Counted from the stretch's first letter, positions 18,996 through 29,280 are shown. The stretch: DNA of 64,000 bases from Patescibacteria group bacterium (GCA_050947035.1 JBMNVW010000002.1:4820-68819), one strand, 5' to 3'. The notes: generated by a model not told the origin, from the sequence alone. A program made the numbers and translations.

Positions 18996-20030
18996 TTAAT
19001 TGGAAATTTTATTCTTTACCCACTCCCCAATCTCCCCCCAACTCTTATCTACTGGTTCCCAAACCCAAAGGCCGTGTTTACTAATCGGCGGATTGGTTAA
19101 AAATTGTTCTGGTAAGGATAAAAACTCTAAATCTGCTCCTTGTCTAAAGTAAGTCACCCCGGCATTAATCAACAAATTAAGGGGCAAGTTGCTATCAACA
19201 TCCTCTTGCCAACAACGATAAAGACCACCAACCGCTTGAGGATTGGTTATTAAAAAATGAGGTTGGGACAATTTATTAATAATTGCCAAAAGGGCTTTTT
19301 GCTGACGTTTAACTCGCGCTTCATCTGTCCCTTCTTGGGGATCATCACTTTTGCGAGAACGAATGTATTCTAATACTCTTTTGCCGTCCATAGTCTGCCG
19401 ACCAGCTTCAAACCTAAGATGAGTTAAACCATTAGCTCCATCATCAGTAGGAAAATAATAATCGTCAAAGGCCCGCTCCACTTCTATTTCAACACCAGAC
19501 AGTAAATCAACAATTCCAGCTATGGCTTCAAAATCAAGAACTAAATAATAATCGATTCTTTGACCTAAAATTTTTTCTAATTCCGAAGTTAGTAAATCAG
19601 TTTTATTATCAAGACCTTGTTCTTGACCATAAAAATAAAGAGCATTAACTTTAGTTTTTAACTCTTCCAACCATAAATCCCGCGGCAAAGAAACAAAAAC
19701 GGCCTTCTCCCTCTCGGGCCGCCAAAAACTAACCATAAGCGTATCTGTTAATAGGCCGTCGTTGGCCTCTCTTTGATCTAACCCCAAAATAAGCAAATTA
19801 AACTCTTGAGCGTTGCTTAGATCGGTGCTTAAAAAAATTTTTTTGATTTCATTATATTTTAGCCCCGAAGATAAAGAAAAGCGTTGATAATAGCTAAGAA
19901 AAAAAACAAAACTAGCAAAAAAAAGCAAAAAAAAGACCACTATAAAAGTGGTCGAAAAGTATTTCAAATATTTTTTTAAGTCTGGTTTAGGGAGTTTTCT
20001 TATCGTCTCCATTACTAAATAATAATCCAA
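18996..20030 (-). CDS. LCP (LytR-CpsA-Psr) family protein
   Basis: N-terminal TM; LILGLD, TDTLMV, SLPRDLW, YIRSR, RVKRQQ motifs; start may be 20012. Confidence 0.9.
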   Translation of the reverse strand: MDYYLVMETIRKLPKPDLKKYLKYFSTTFIVVFFLLFFASFVFFLSYYQRFSLSSGLKYNEIKKIFLSTDLSNAQEFNLLILGLDQREANDGLLTDTLMVSFWRPEREKAVFVSLPRDLWLEELKTKVNALYFYGQEQGLDNKTDLLTSELEKILGQRIDYYLVLDFEAIAGIVDLLSGVEIEVERAFDDYYFPTDDGANGLTHLRFEAGRQTMDGKRVLEYIRSRKSDDPQEGTDEARVKRQQKALLAIINKLSQPHFLITNPQAVGGLYRCWQEDVDSNLPLNLLINAGVTYFRQGADLEFLSLPEQFLTNPPISKHGLWVWEPVDKSWGEIGEWVKNKISN

Positions 20031-20062
20031 AGAATATCCAAAAACCAGTTTTTAAAAAAAAT

Positions 20063-20183
20063 GCTTTGGCTATGACCTATTTTCTCGCCTCCTTGCGGAA
20101 GACAATATCGTCAGCGCTATCGCGTTTCACTTCTGAGTTCGGAATGGAATCAGGTGGTACCACGACGCTCCAATAACCAAAGC
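20063..20183 (-). rRNA. rrf: 5S rRNA
   Basis: Plus-strand tttcacttctgagttcggaatggaatcaggtggtacc is the reverse complement of the conserved 5S core; terminal gctttgg/ccaaagc stem. Confidence 0.92.
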
Positions 20184-21075
20184 AAGTTTTATTTTAACAA
20201 AAATTTTCTTTTAGTAAAGCTTAATCTACTCTTTGTTAGAACAAGAATGTTTTTTTCTCTTTTTTTTAGTCATTTAGGAATTAAGTTTTTTCACATCCAA
20301 ATTCGATCGATTAGTACTGGTCAGCTGAATTCGTTGCCGAACTTACACTTCCAGCCTATCAACCAGGTAGTCTTCCTGGGATCTAAGACTCCTCATCTTG
20401 GAGTAGGCTTCCCGCTTGAGATGCTTTCAGCGGTTATCCATTACAAACGTAGCTACCCAGCTTGCCGCTGATGCGACAACTGGCCCACCAGAGGTTTGTC
20501 CATCCTGGTCCTCTCGTACTGAGGACAGATCTCCTCAAGAGTCAAAACGATTACTGCGGATAGAGACCGAGCTGTCTTACGACGCTCTGAACCCAGCTCA
20601 CGTAGGATTTTAATGGGCGAACAGACCAACCCTTGGAGACTTCTTCATCTCCAGGATATCCTGAGCCGACATCGAGGTCGCGAACTGGCCCGTAGATGTG
20701 TACTCTCGGGACCAACCACGCTGTTATCCCCGGGGTAGCTTTTATCCGTTAAGCCCTGGCTTCATCCATAGAAGCACAGGGGATCACTAAGACCTGCTTT
20801 CGCACCTGCTCGACCCGCCGGTCTTGCAGTCAAGCTGGCTTGTGCCTTTACACTTTCCTCCCGATTTCCATCCGGGATAAGCCAACCTTTGTGCGCTCGC
20901 GTTACTTTTTAGCAAGCGACTGCCCCAGTCAAACTACCCACCAGGCACTGTTCCTAAGTTCGTATCCAGAACTTCCAGGTTAGAACTGAATTTAATGAAG
21001 AGAGGTATTCCACTGGCGACCGAAGTCTCCCTCCTATTCTCGACAGTCATTAAATACAATTCAATGCCAAGTTGT

Positions 21076-21106
<31 letters not shown>

Positions 21107-21427
21107 AGTAATTAGGCCGCATCTTCACAGCCATTTCAATTTCGCCGAGTAGAGGTTTGTAGACAGTTGTTCGGTCGTTGGGCCTTTCATACAGGTCGGA
21201 ACTTACCCGACAAAGGACTTCGCTACCGTAGAACAGTTAGAGTTACTGCTGCCGTTCACCGGGGCTTCAATTCTCCGCCCGCATTTTTTCCGAAGAAAAA
21301 ATGAGAACAAAGTCATTTAACCTTCCGGCACTGGGCAGGCTTCAGCCCCTATACCTCCTCTTTTGGAGTTTGCAGAGACCTGTGTTTTTGGTAAACAGTC
21401 GCCGAACAATCTTTAGCTGAGACCCAT

Positions 21428-21627
21428 CTCGCCCACAGGACGAGAAAATCCTAAAGGATTAAACTCTAAATTCTAATTTCTAAAATCCAAACAATAACTA
21501 AATTCTAAATTCCAATGTTCCAAACAGATTATTTGTTTCGAATTTGGAATTTGGAAAATTAGGATTTGTTTGGGATTTCGGATTTCGGATTTAGAATTTT
21601 CTAGAATTTCCTTGTCCTATGGACAAG
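21428..21627 (-). other. 23S intervening-sequence-like insertion (approx. helix 63)
   Basis: 200-nt AT-rich heptamer hairpin between palindromes ctcgcccacaggacgag and cttgtcctatggacaag. Confidence 0.8.
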
Positions 21628-22176
21628 ACAGGCAGGGCATCTTGTGACCTTACGCCCAGCTTGTTTGCCGAGTTCCTTAAACCTCTTTCTCTCGCTCGCC
21701 TTGGTCTTCTCGACCTACCCACCTGTGTTGGTTCTTGGTACGATTTTTGTAAACTCTCACTGCGACACTTTTCTCGGAAGATAAAATCAGCTAATTGAAT
21801 CAAAAAAGATTCTCTTCATCGTAAGCTTGACATTAACGAACCGGCGGATTTGCCTACCAGTCCTGCCTTGCTACTTAAACGACAGCAACATCAATCGCTG
21901 CGCTAGCATTATCTGTCTCCGTCATGACCCAGTTAATAACGATTTTACAAAAGTACAGGAATATCAACCTGTTATCCATCCACTACCCAAGTAAAACTTG
22001 GCTCATGTTAGGATCGACTAACCCCCTGACGACGAACGTTGCAGGGGAAACCTTAGGTTTTCGGCGGTCTGGATTCTCACCAGACTATTTGCTACTCATG
22101 CCAGCATTCTCACTTCCGAACGCTCCAATAAACCTCACAGTTTATCTTCACCGCCTTCGGAACGCTCCCCTACCAC

Positions 22177-22310
22177 CTCGCCCCCTGGGCGAGAAACTCC
22201 AAATATTCTAAATCCAAAATCCAAATAATATTGATCTGATAGGTCTTATTGGACCTATGTTTGTGGAAATTGAAAATTTGAAATTTGAAATTTCTTGTCC
22301 AAAAGACAAG
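22177..22310 (-). other. 23S intervening-sequence-like insertion (approx. helix 45)
   Basis: 134 nt between ctcgccccctgggcgag and cttgtccaaaagacaag; flanked by gaacgctcccctacc and cttcgg, as around E. coli ~1170. Confidence 0.8.
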
Positions 22311-22944
22311 GTCTGGAACTTCGGTATGTAGCTTAATCCTCGATCATCTTCGGCGCTAACTTTCATCGGCCAGTGAGCTGTTACGCTTTCTTTAAAGGAT
22401 GGCTGCCTCTAAGCCAACCTCCTGGGTGTCTTTGAAAACTAACTACCTTAACAACTTAGCTACAATTTAGAGACCTTATTTGCCAGTCTGGGATGTTTCC
22501 CTCTCGCCTTATCAGTTTAGCCCGATAAGACTGACTCTCTTGTCTTGCCTTTGGTATTCGGAGTTTGATTGATATCAAGACCTTTAAGACCCTGAGACCA
22601 TTCAGTGCTCTACCCCCAAAGACATCTAAACAAGAGGCTATACCCATATATATTTCGGGGAGAACCAGCTATCACCAAGCTCGATTGGCATATTACCTCT
22701 AACCACAAGTCGTCCAAGCCTTTTGCAGCAGACATTGGTTCGGGCCTCCTCCTACCTCTCGGTAAAATTCACCCTGCTCATGGTTAGCTCGCCTGGTTTC
22801 GGGTCCCCCGCTCTTTGTTTATTCGGTTAAAAACCGAAAACGCCCTGTTAAGACTTGGTTTCCCTATGCCTCCACCATAAAAATGGCTTAAACAACACAA
22901 AGGACGAGGACTCGCTGGCTCATTCTTCAATAGGCACGGCATTA

Positions 22945-23097
22945 CCCGTTCTCCGAACGGGAAGCTCCAATTTCCAATTAAGCCAATTTCCAAACAAATT
23001 CCAAATAACAAATCTTCAAAATTGAAAATTAAAGCATTTTTAGAATTGATTGGTCATTGGTAATTGGTGGATTGAAAATTCCTGTTCGAAGAACAGG
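22945..23097 (-). other. 23S intervening-sequence-like insertion (approx. helix 25)
   Basis: 153 nt between cccgttctccgaacggg and cctgttcgaagaacagg; next to ctgcttg..acggtttcagg, as around E. coli ~545. Confidence 0.8.
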
Positions 23098-23385
23098 CTT
23101 TGCCTGCTTGTTAGCAAACGGTTTCAGGTACTATTTCACTCCCCTTCCGGGGTGCTTTTCACCTTTCCCTCACGGTACTATTCACTATCGGTCGACAAAA
23201 GTATTTAGTCTTGGCTAATGGTTCAGCCGGATTCACACAAAGTATGTTCATTGTGTTACTTGGGAAAACTAGCTTGTTTTTATTTTGGTTTCGTATACCA
23301 GGCTTTCACTGTCTTTGGCCACCTATTCCAAAATGTTCTACTACCAAAACAAAAAACAAATATGCTTGCCTCCCACAACCCCCAC

Positions 23386-23558
23386 CTCGTGCACAGCACG
23401 AGAAAATCCCAAAATCCAAACTCCAAAATCCAAACAAATCCCAAAATGATCAAATATTCAAAATTCTAAAAAATAGTTAGAACATTGAGAATTTAGACAT
23501 TGGAAATTGATTGAAAATTGAAAATTGAAAATTGAAAATTCCTTGTGCTATGCACAAG
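23386..23558 (-). other. 23S intervening-sequence-like insertion (domain I, approx. E. coli 270-290)
   Basis: 173 nt between ctcgtgcacagcacgag and cttgtgctatgcacaag; includes a tandem attgaaa run. Confidence 0.8.
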
Positions 23559-23990
23559 ACAGGTTTAGACTATTCCGATTTCGCTCACCGCTACTGACGG
23601 AATCGCTATTGCTTTCTCTTCCTCCGGGTACTAAGATGTTTCAATTCCCCGGGTAACCTCTATATGCGAAGCATATAGTCCGTCGTGTTGCCACGACAGG
23701 GGTTCCCCCATTCGGAAACCATCGGATCAACGGTTGCTTGGCACCTACCCGACGATATCGATCGCCTGCGACGTCCTTCCTCGGCTTTTGTCACCTAGGC
23801 ATCCACCGTTTGCGTTAATGGATGTGAAAAAACCTAATTCCTTGACTAATAATTAAAAAGAGCGAAAAAAAATTAACTTTTAAAAGTTAAAATTCTTGCT
23901 CTAACAAAGAATAGATTTTTTTCAAATCTATCTAATTACATGACAAAAACAATTTATCAAAGTGCTTTAGCTCTTTTTTAAAAACAGTGC

Positions 23991-24067
23991 TGGTGGAGCT
24001 AACCGGAATCGAACCGGTGACCTCCACATTGCAAATGTGGCGCTCTATCCAGCTGAGCTATAGCCCC
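23991..24067 (-). tRNA. tRNA-Ala(TGC)
   Basis: ggggctatagctcagctggatagagcg ccaca tt TGC aa tgtgg aggtc accgg ttcgatt ccggt tagctcc a cca; G3.U70. Confidence 0.97.
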
Positions 24068-24072
24068 TCATG

Positions 24073-24248
24073 CTCGCCCACAGGGCGAGAAATCCTAAAT
24101 TCTAATTTCTAAAATCCAAACAAGATCTAAATTCTAAATTCCAATGTTCCAAACAGATTATTTGTTTTAGGTTTGGAATTTGAAAAATTAAAATTTGTTT
24201 AGGATTTCGGGTTTTGAATTTAGGGTTTTCCTTATCCATAAGGATAAG
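24073..24248 (-). repeat. ITS copy of the palindrome-bounded hairpin element
   Basis: ctcgcccacagggcgag ... cttatccataaggataag; ~73-nt core nearly identical to 21467-21538. Confidence 0.85.
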
Positions 24249-24542
24249 GTTGGGCTAAATTAAAGAGCTTGCTCTAATACGAAGAAGAAATTTTGCTCGT
24301 TAACAAAATTTAGGAGCCCAAAAGGGGGCCAACTAAAGTTATATTTTGGTCAACAGAAAACATATAATTTCTTCTCATTAAAGCAAAGCTTATTATATAG
24401 ACGAGGCTTATCTTTGTCAATAATGCGCTAGTCCAATTTTTTTCGAAGTAGCGAACTTTAGTTCGCGCTAAAAAACGAACAGATCTAGACTTACCGTTTT
24501 AGACAAGAACTGGAGATGCTTCTTTGGTCTGTCAGTTATATT

Positions 24543-24648
24543 TGGTGCACGCGCCTGGACTCGCCATGCCCGCCGATAGCCGCAGCCTGAGCCGTATACG
24601 AACAGTATTGAAAAGGCGAACGCTAAGGCAAGGCGGGAACCAGGGACC
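24543..24648 (-). other. Duplicated tRNA-Ile 3' half with encoded CCA, interrupted in the T-loop by 74 nt
   Basis: Minus strand reads ggtccctggtt[cccgcc...ggcgggcatgg]cgagtccaggcgcgtgcacca; the flanks are identical to the adjacent tRNA-Ile. Confidence 0.75.
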
Positions 24649-24680
24649 GGTCGCCCCAGGCGACCGCTCAACCTTTCTAG

Positions 24681-24754
24681 TGCACGCGCCTGGACTCGAA
24701 CCAGGGACCTCGTCTTTATCAGAGACGCGCTCTAACCACCTGAGCCACGCGTGC
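24681..24754 (-). tRNA. tRNA-Ile(GAT)
   Basis: gcacgcgtggctcaggtggttagagcg cgtct ct GAT aa agacg aggtc cctgg ttcgagt ccagg cgcgtgc a; no encoded CCA. Confidence 0.95.
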
Positions 24755-25084
24755 GAAATTAGTCGTTAGTCTTTGGTCTTTAGCTGTTAGTTTCTTTATC
24801 TTTACATTGACAATATCTTTTTTTTCAATTTTCCAATATTCTAATATTTCCTATAATACCACAAAGCTAATCTGACTCCTCTTTTTCTCCATCAAAAAAC
24901 CCCGCCTATTCCTGGCGGGGTTATTTTTTGGCATTCCGAATGTGGTAGGAAAATTAAATCAAAACATCCGTTGACATTTTGATTTTAGAAAAATGTTTAA
25001 AGTCCTTCCACCGTGAGAGGCAAAAAGACTATCTCTCCTAAAAGGAGGTGATCTATCCCCACCTTCCAGTAGGGATACCTTGTT

Positions 25085-25791
25085 CATGTTTTTGTCCCAC
25101 TCTTTCAAGGGGCATGGACTATCTCTTCATCCTTAAATATCTTCGCTTTTCTGGGTGAGAAGATCCAATCAATTCGGCAAAATCTATATAAGATTGTTTT
25201 CTTATGTAAAATCGCCAATAATTTGGATCAACAAGTTTGCTTGGATTATGAATCCTTCCACAAACAATGTTATTCTCTTCCAAAATTTGCTTAACCTGTT
25301 TCAAATCAGTCAAATTTTTTTGAGCAAAATAGATATAATAACGAACTCTTTTGCTTTTAGATATTCCTCCTTCGGTATCAAAATAACCTCTTACATAATC
25401 GAACTTTTCCCTTTTAGAATTTAACTTAATATTTTTAAGCCAAAACTTAGAAAATTCGACTACGTAAACTTGTCTATTTTTTCCCTCTCGGTAAATCCAG
25501 GCTTTATAGCCAAGATTTTTAATACCTAAAGCAATTAAAGTGACGTATTTTTTACTCTTCTGACTAATTCGGTAGGTAAGCCTTCTTTCGGTTGCATCGT
25601 GTAATGCTCCTAAAAGATAAGACTTGGATATTTTCAGGCGCTGGCGTGTAGTCTCTACGGAGTCCTCATTATCTTTATGAGGTTCCCTCGCGGTTGCCAT
25701 ACTTGGTATTTTATAACAAAAACCAAGGTTAGGGTTCCCCGATACAGCCAGATTTTTCCAAGGAATTACTTCCTTGGGTCGCAACAATTTT
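25085..25791 (-). mobile_element. Group I intron in 16S rRNA after U1498 (E. coli numbering)
   Basis: Junctions ...aagtcgU|aaaattgttgcgac... and ...catG|aacaagg. P1 (gtcgUaa/ttGcgac) has the U.G pair; P10 is ttgtt/aacaa. R element gtagagacta and S element aagagatagtcc form P7. Confidence 0.9.
25119..25700 (-). CDS. Intron-encoded LAGLIDADG homing endonuclease (two motifs)
   Basis: YLLGALHDA and YVRGYFDTEGG motifs, YFAQKN; start codon uncertain (frame open to 25787). Confidence 0.85.
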   Translation of the reverse strand: MATAREPHKDNEDSVETTRQRLKISKSYLLGALHDATERRLTYRISQKSKKYVTLIALGIKNLGYKAWIYREGKNRQVYVVEFSKFWLKNIKLNSKREKFDYVRGYFDTEGGISKSKRVRYYIYFAQKNLTDLKQVKQILEENNIVCGRIHNPSKLVDPNYWRFYIRKQSYIDFAELIGSSHPEKRRYLRMKR

Positions 25792-26187
25792 ACGACTTAA
25801 CGCTCATCACTAAGTTCAGCTTAGTCCCCCCTTTATAAAAAAGGAGAGGTTTCGGCTGCCCCCAGCTTTGCTCATTTGACGGGCAGTGTGTGCAAGAGGC
25901 GAGAACGTATTCACCGCGACCTGCTGATTCGCGATTACTACCAATTCCAAGTTCATGCAGGCGAATTGCAGCCTGCAATCCCCACTGAGAGAAGGTTTGA
26001 TGGGATTAGCTCCGCCTTGCGGCTTGGCAGCCCATTGTTACTTCTCATTGTAGGATGTGTGTCGCCCTGGATATAAGCACCATGCTGATTTGACGTCATC
26101 CCCACCTTCCTCCCTACCAACGGCAGGGCAGTCTTCTGTGAAAATCCAACACAGAATAAGGGTTGCGCTCGTTACCCCACTTAAGGG

Positions 26188-26223
<36 letters not shown>

Positions 26224-27481
26224 TAGCTGTCCAACCTTTGCTGTATAAATACAGCCCCTTGCTCTGTTTCCAAAGCAGGAAAAGGAAGGATGTCAAACCC
26301 AGGTAAGGTTCTTCGCTTTGTATCGAATTAAACCACATGCTCCACTGGTTGTGCGCCTCCCCGCCAATTCCTTTGAGTTTCAGCCTTGCGGCCATACTCC
26401 CCAGGCGCCCTGCTTAATGGGTTACCTTCGACAGTCAGTCCGAATAAATCAAAACCGACCATCTAGCAGGGATCATTTAGGGCTAGGACTACTCGGGTCT
26501 CTAATCCGATTTGCTACCCTAGCTTTCGTCTCTCAGCGTCTCCATCGATCCAGGTGCTCGCCTTCGCCGTTGGTGTTCCTTACTGTATCAACGGATTTCA
26601 CCCCTACACAGTAAGTTCCAGCACCCCCTCTCGAGGACTAGACAAGCGGTATTATCGGCTTTTCTCCAGTTGAGCCGGAGGATTTAACCAATAACCTACT
26701 TATCCGCCTACAGACTCTTTACGCCCAGTAAATCCGGACAACGCTCGCACCCTACGTATTACCGCAGCTGCTGGCACGTAGTTAGCCGGTGCTTTTTGAC
26801 TAATAATCCAATGGATTATTAGAGAGGAGTTTACGACCCGAAGGCCTTCATCCTCCACGCGGTGTCGCTGCGTCAGGCTTTCGCCCATTGCGCAAGATTC
26901 CCGGTTGCTGCCACCCGTAGGTGTATGGACCGTATCTCAGTTCCATTCTGGGGGAACAGGCTCTCACCTCCCCTACCCGTCTTAGCCTTGGTAGGCCATT
27001 ACCCTACCAACAAGCTGATAGGCCGCAGGCCGCTCTTTTGGTGGATAGTTACATCCTTTACCCCGAAGGGACAATGCGGAATTACCTCCGATTTCTCGAA
27101 GCTATTCCCCGCCAAAAGGTACGTTCCTACGTGTTACTCAGCCGTCTGCCACTCTCGTGCATAGCACGAGCGTCCGACTTGCATGCCTAAGGCACACCGC
27201 TAGCGTTCGTCCTGAGCCAGGATCAAACTCTTAAAAAAAGAATTTCCGGAATTAAAAATAGGCTTATTGCTTAATTTTAAACCGGACCCCGACGATATCA
27301 AACAAGATCGATATCCGACCGGGGATTTCCTACCACATTCTGAATGCCAATATTTAAATTAACATTATTTTTGTCTGTTAAGTAAACCAAAATGTCAAAG
27401 AGCCAAAAAAGAAGAAAACACCTTAAAATAAGGCAAACATTATCTTATCATGAAGATAGGATGAAGTAAAGATAAGGGCCT

Positions 27482-28015
27482 CTATCTCCCCTCCATTGCT
27501 TTCCACAAAACAATCGCCAAAGAAATCATCACATTAAGACTAATATTAAAACCCCACATGGGTATCTCTAACACTTGATCAACCAAATCCAAAACCTCAT
27601 CGCCAATACCATAAGTCTCATTGCCGATCACCAAAGCCAAGGGAAATGAATAGTCGATCTTTCGATAATCCAAACTCTGATCTGATTGTTCAACCGCAAA
27701 AACTGTCAAATTAGAAACTTTTTTCTTTAATTTCTTAATTGCTCCTTGGGCTGTTTCCTGGTAAAACCAGGGCACCCACTTTTCAGTACCAATAGCGGCC
27801 CGATGAATCTTAATGTTCGGCGGCGTTTGGCTGCGACCGCAAATAATGACTTGACTAGCAGCGACCGCATCTGCCAACCGAAAAATTGCCCCGATATTAT
27901 AAGTATCTAAAACATTGTCTAAAATAATATAAATCGGTTGACGGTTTATTTTTTTTAATTGCTCCGCCGGTGGTTTTTGATGACGCAAGAACTTAGCATC
28001 TAATTTTTGTTTCAT
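27482..28015 (-). CDS. TrmH/SpoU family RNA methyltransferase
   Basis: ILDNVLDTYNIGAIFRLADA, IGNETYGI, IPMWGFNISLNV SPOUT motifs. Confidence 0.92.
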   Translation of the reverse strand: MKQKLDAKFLRHQKPPAEQLKKINRQPIYIILDNVLDTYNIGAIFRLADAVAASQVIICGRSQTPPNIKIHRAAIGTEKWVPWFYQETAQGAIKKLKKKVSNLTVFAVEQSDQSLDYRKIDYSFPLALVIGNETYGIGDEVLDLVDQVLEIPMWGFNISLNVMISLAIVLWKAMEGR

Positions 28016-28084
28016 TTTTTCATTTCCTAAAATAGAGACCACTACTAAGGCAGCTTAATTCTCTATACTATTAATAATATATAG

Positions 28085-28181
28085 ATTCCCACGGGCAAAG
28101 CCCATGGTTCTTTCCGTTTGATCTATTAGTATCAGCTTCATCCAGGCTTACAGCCGGTGGTTTTTTCCAATCTTGAAATAA
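28085..28181. repeat. Palindromic repeat resembling IS200/IS605 ends (non-autonomous)
   Basis: cccacgggcaaagcccatgg ... ttcatccaggcttacagccggtggttttt ... tcttgaaataa; shorter copy cccacgggcaaagcccgtggttttc...tcttgaaataa at ~30821-30861. Confidence 0.55.
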
Positions 28182-28310
28182 GACCTCAATCTATTTCCCT
28201 AAGGAAATTAAAATTCCTCCAAATCCAGACCGTTTTAGAAGTCATTGTTAGAAGATATTTTAGCATTCGAAGAAAAAAGCCCAAAATAACTATTACTGTT
28301 ATTGTTAAGA

Positions 28311-28496
28311 CTATTTTTCCTTAACAATAATTGCTCCAACCGGACAAACACTGGCTAAATTTTTGGCCTCTTGAGGTTCAAGAATTTTCCCCTTGGATTC
28401 AAAGTGATCATTTTTAGCCTCAAAATGATTAGGATAAATGGCCACACAAGTGCCACACTTAATACACTTTTCCTGGTCAATTACCACCTTAGCCAT
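28311..28496 (-). CDS. Ferredoxin
   Basis: CIKCGTC and CPVGAI motifs; 61 aa. Confidence 0.9.
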   Translation of the reverse strand: MAKVVIDQEKCIKCGTCVAIYPNHFEAKNDHFESKGKILEPQEAKNLASVCPVGAIIVKEK

Positions 28497-28515
28497 ACTT
28501 TTTTTTAAAAAATTT

Positions 28516-29280
28516 TTAAGTTGCTAGCCAACCGCCATCAACATAAACCACCGAACCGGTCATATAACCAGCCTCCTCTGAAGCCAAGAAAACAGCCGCC
28601 GCCCCAATATCCTCTGGTTGACCAATTCTTTTAATTGGTAAACGAGCCAACAAACCCTGCTTAACTTTTTCGTCTTCTGTTACCTCTTTAGTCATATCGG
28701 TTTCGATTGAGCCGGGAGCAATAGCATTAACGGTAATGCCCTTAACGCCCAATTCAATTGCCAAGCCTTCAGTTAAAGCAACCACTCCGCCTTTTGAAGC
28801 ACAATAATGGGCCAAGGCCGGATAACCAACCCCCACTCCTCCAGAAGCAACCGAAGCAATATTAATAATCCTTCCCCAACCGTTTTTTTCCATTTGAGGA
28901 ACCACGGCCTTAACACACAAAAACTGCCCCTTAAGATTGACATCAATTACCCAATCCCAATCTTTTTCGGTCATTTGGTCAAGGGTCTTGTAATTTAAAA
29001 CCCCAGCGTTATTAACCAAAATGTCAAGTCGACCAAATTCTTGAACCATCTTGCCAACCATCGCCTCCACTTGATCTTTTTTGGAAACATCAGCCTTGAT
29101 AGCGATTGATTTTCGACCCAATCTCTTAACTTCAGAAACAACTTCTTGGGCTTCCTCTTCTGAAGAATAATAATTAACCGCCACATCTACCCCCTGTTTG
29201 GCCAAACAAAGAGCAACCCCCCGACCGATACCTCGAGAAGCGCCGGTTACTAAGGCCGTCTTACCAGTTAAATCAAACAT
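28516..29280 (-). CDS. Short-chain dehydrogenase/reductase (FabG-like)
   Basis: TGASRGIG, NNAG, YCASK; start moved to MFDLTGK. Confidence 0.92.
   Translation of the reverse strand: MFDLTGKTALVTGASRGIGRGVALCLAKQGVDVAVNYYSSEEEAQEVVSEVKRLGRKSIAIKADVSKKDQVEAMVGKMVQEFGRLDILVNNAGVLNYKTLDQMTEKDWDWVIDVNLKGQFLCVKAVVPQMEKNGWGRIINIASVASGGVGVGYPALAHYCASKGGVVALTEGLAIELGVKGITVNAIAPGSIETDMTKEVTEDEKVKQGLLARLPIKRIGQPEDIGAAAVFLASEEAGYMTGSVVYVDGGWLAT

Noticed and set aside
21428-23558. 23S insertions as group I/II introns
   Set aside because: They are 134-200 nt, AT-rich simple hairpins with no P7 or domain V motifs and no ORFs
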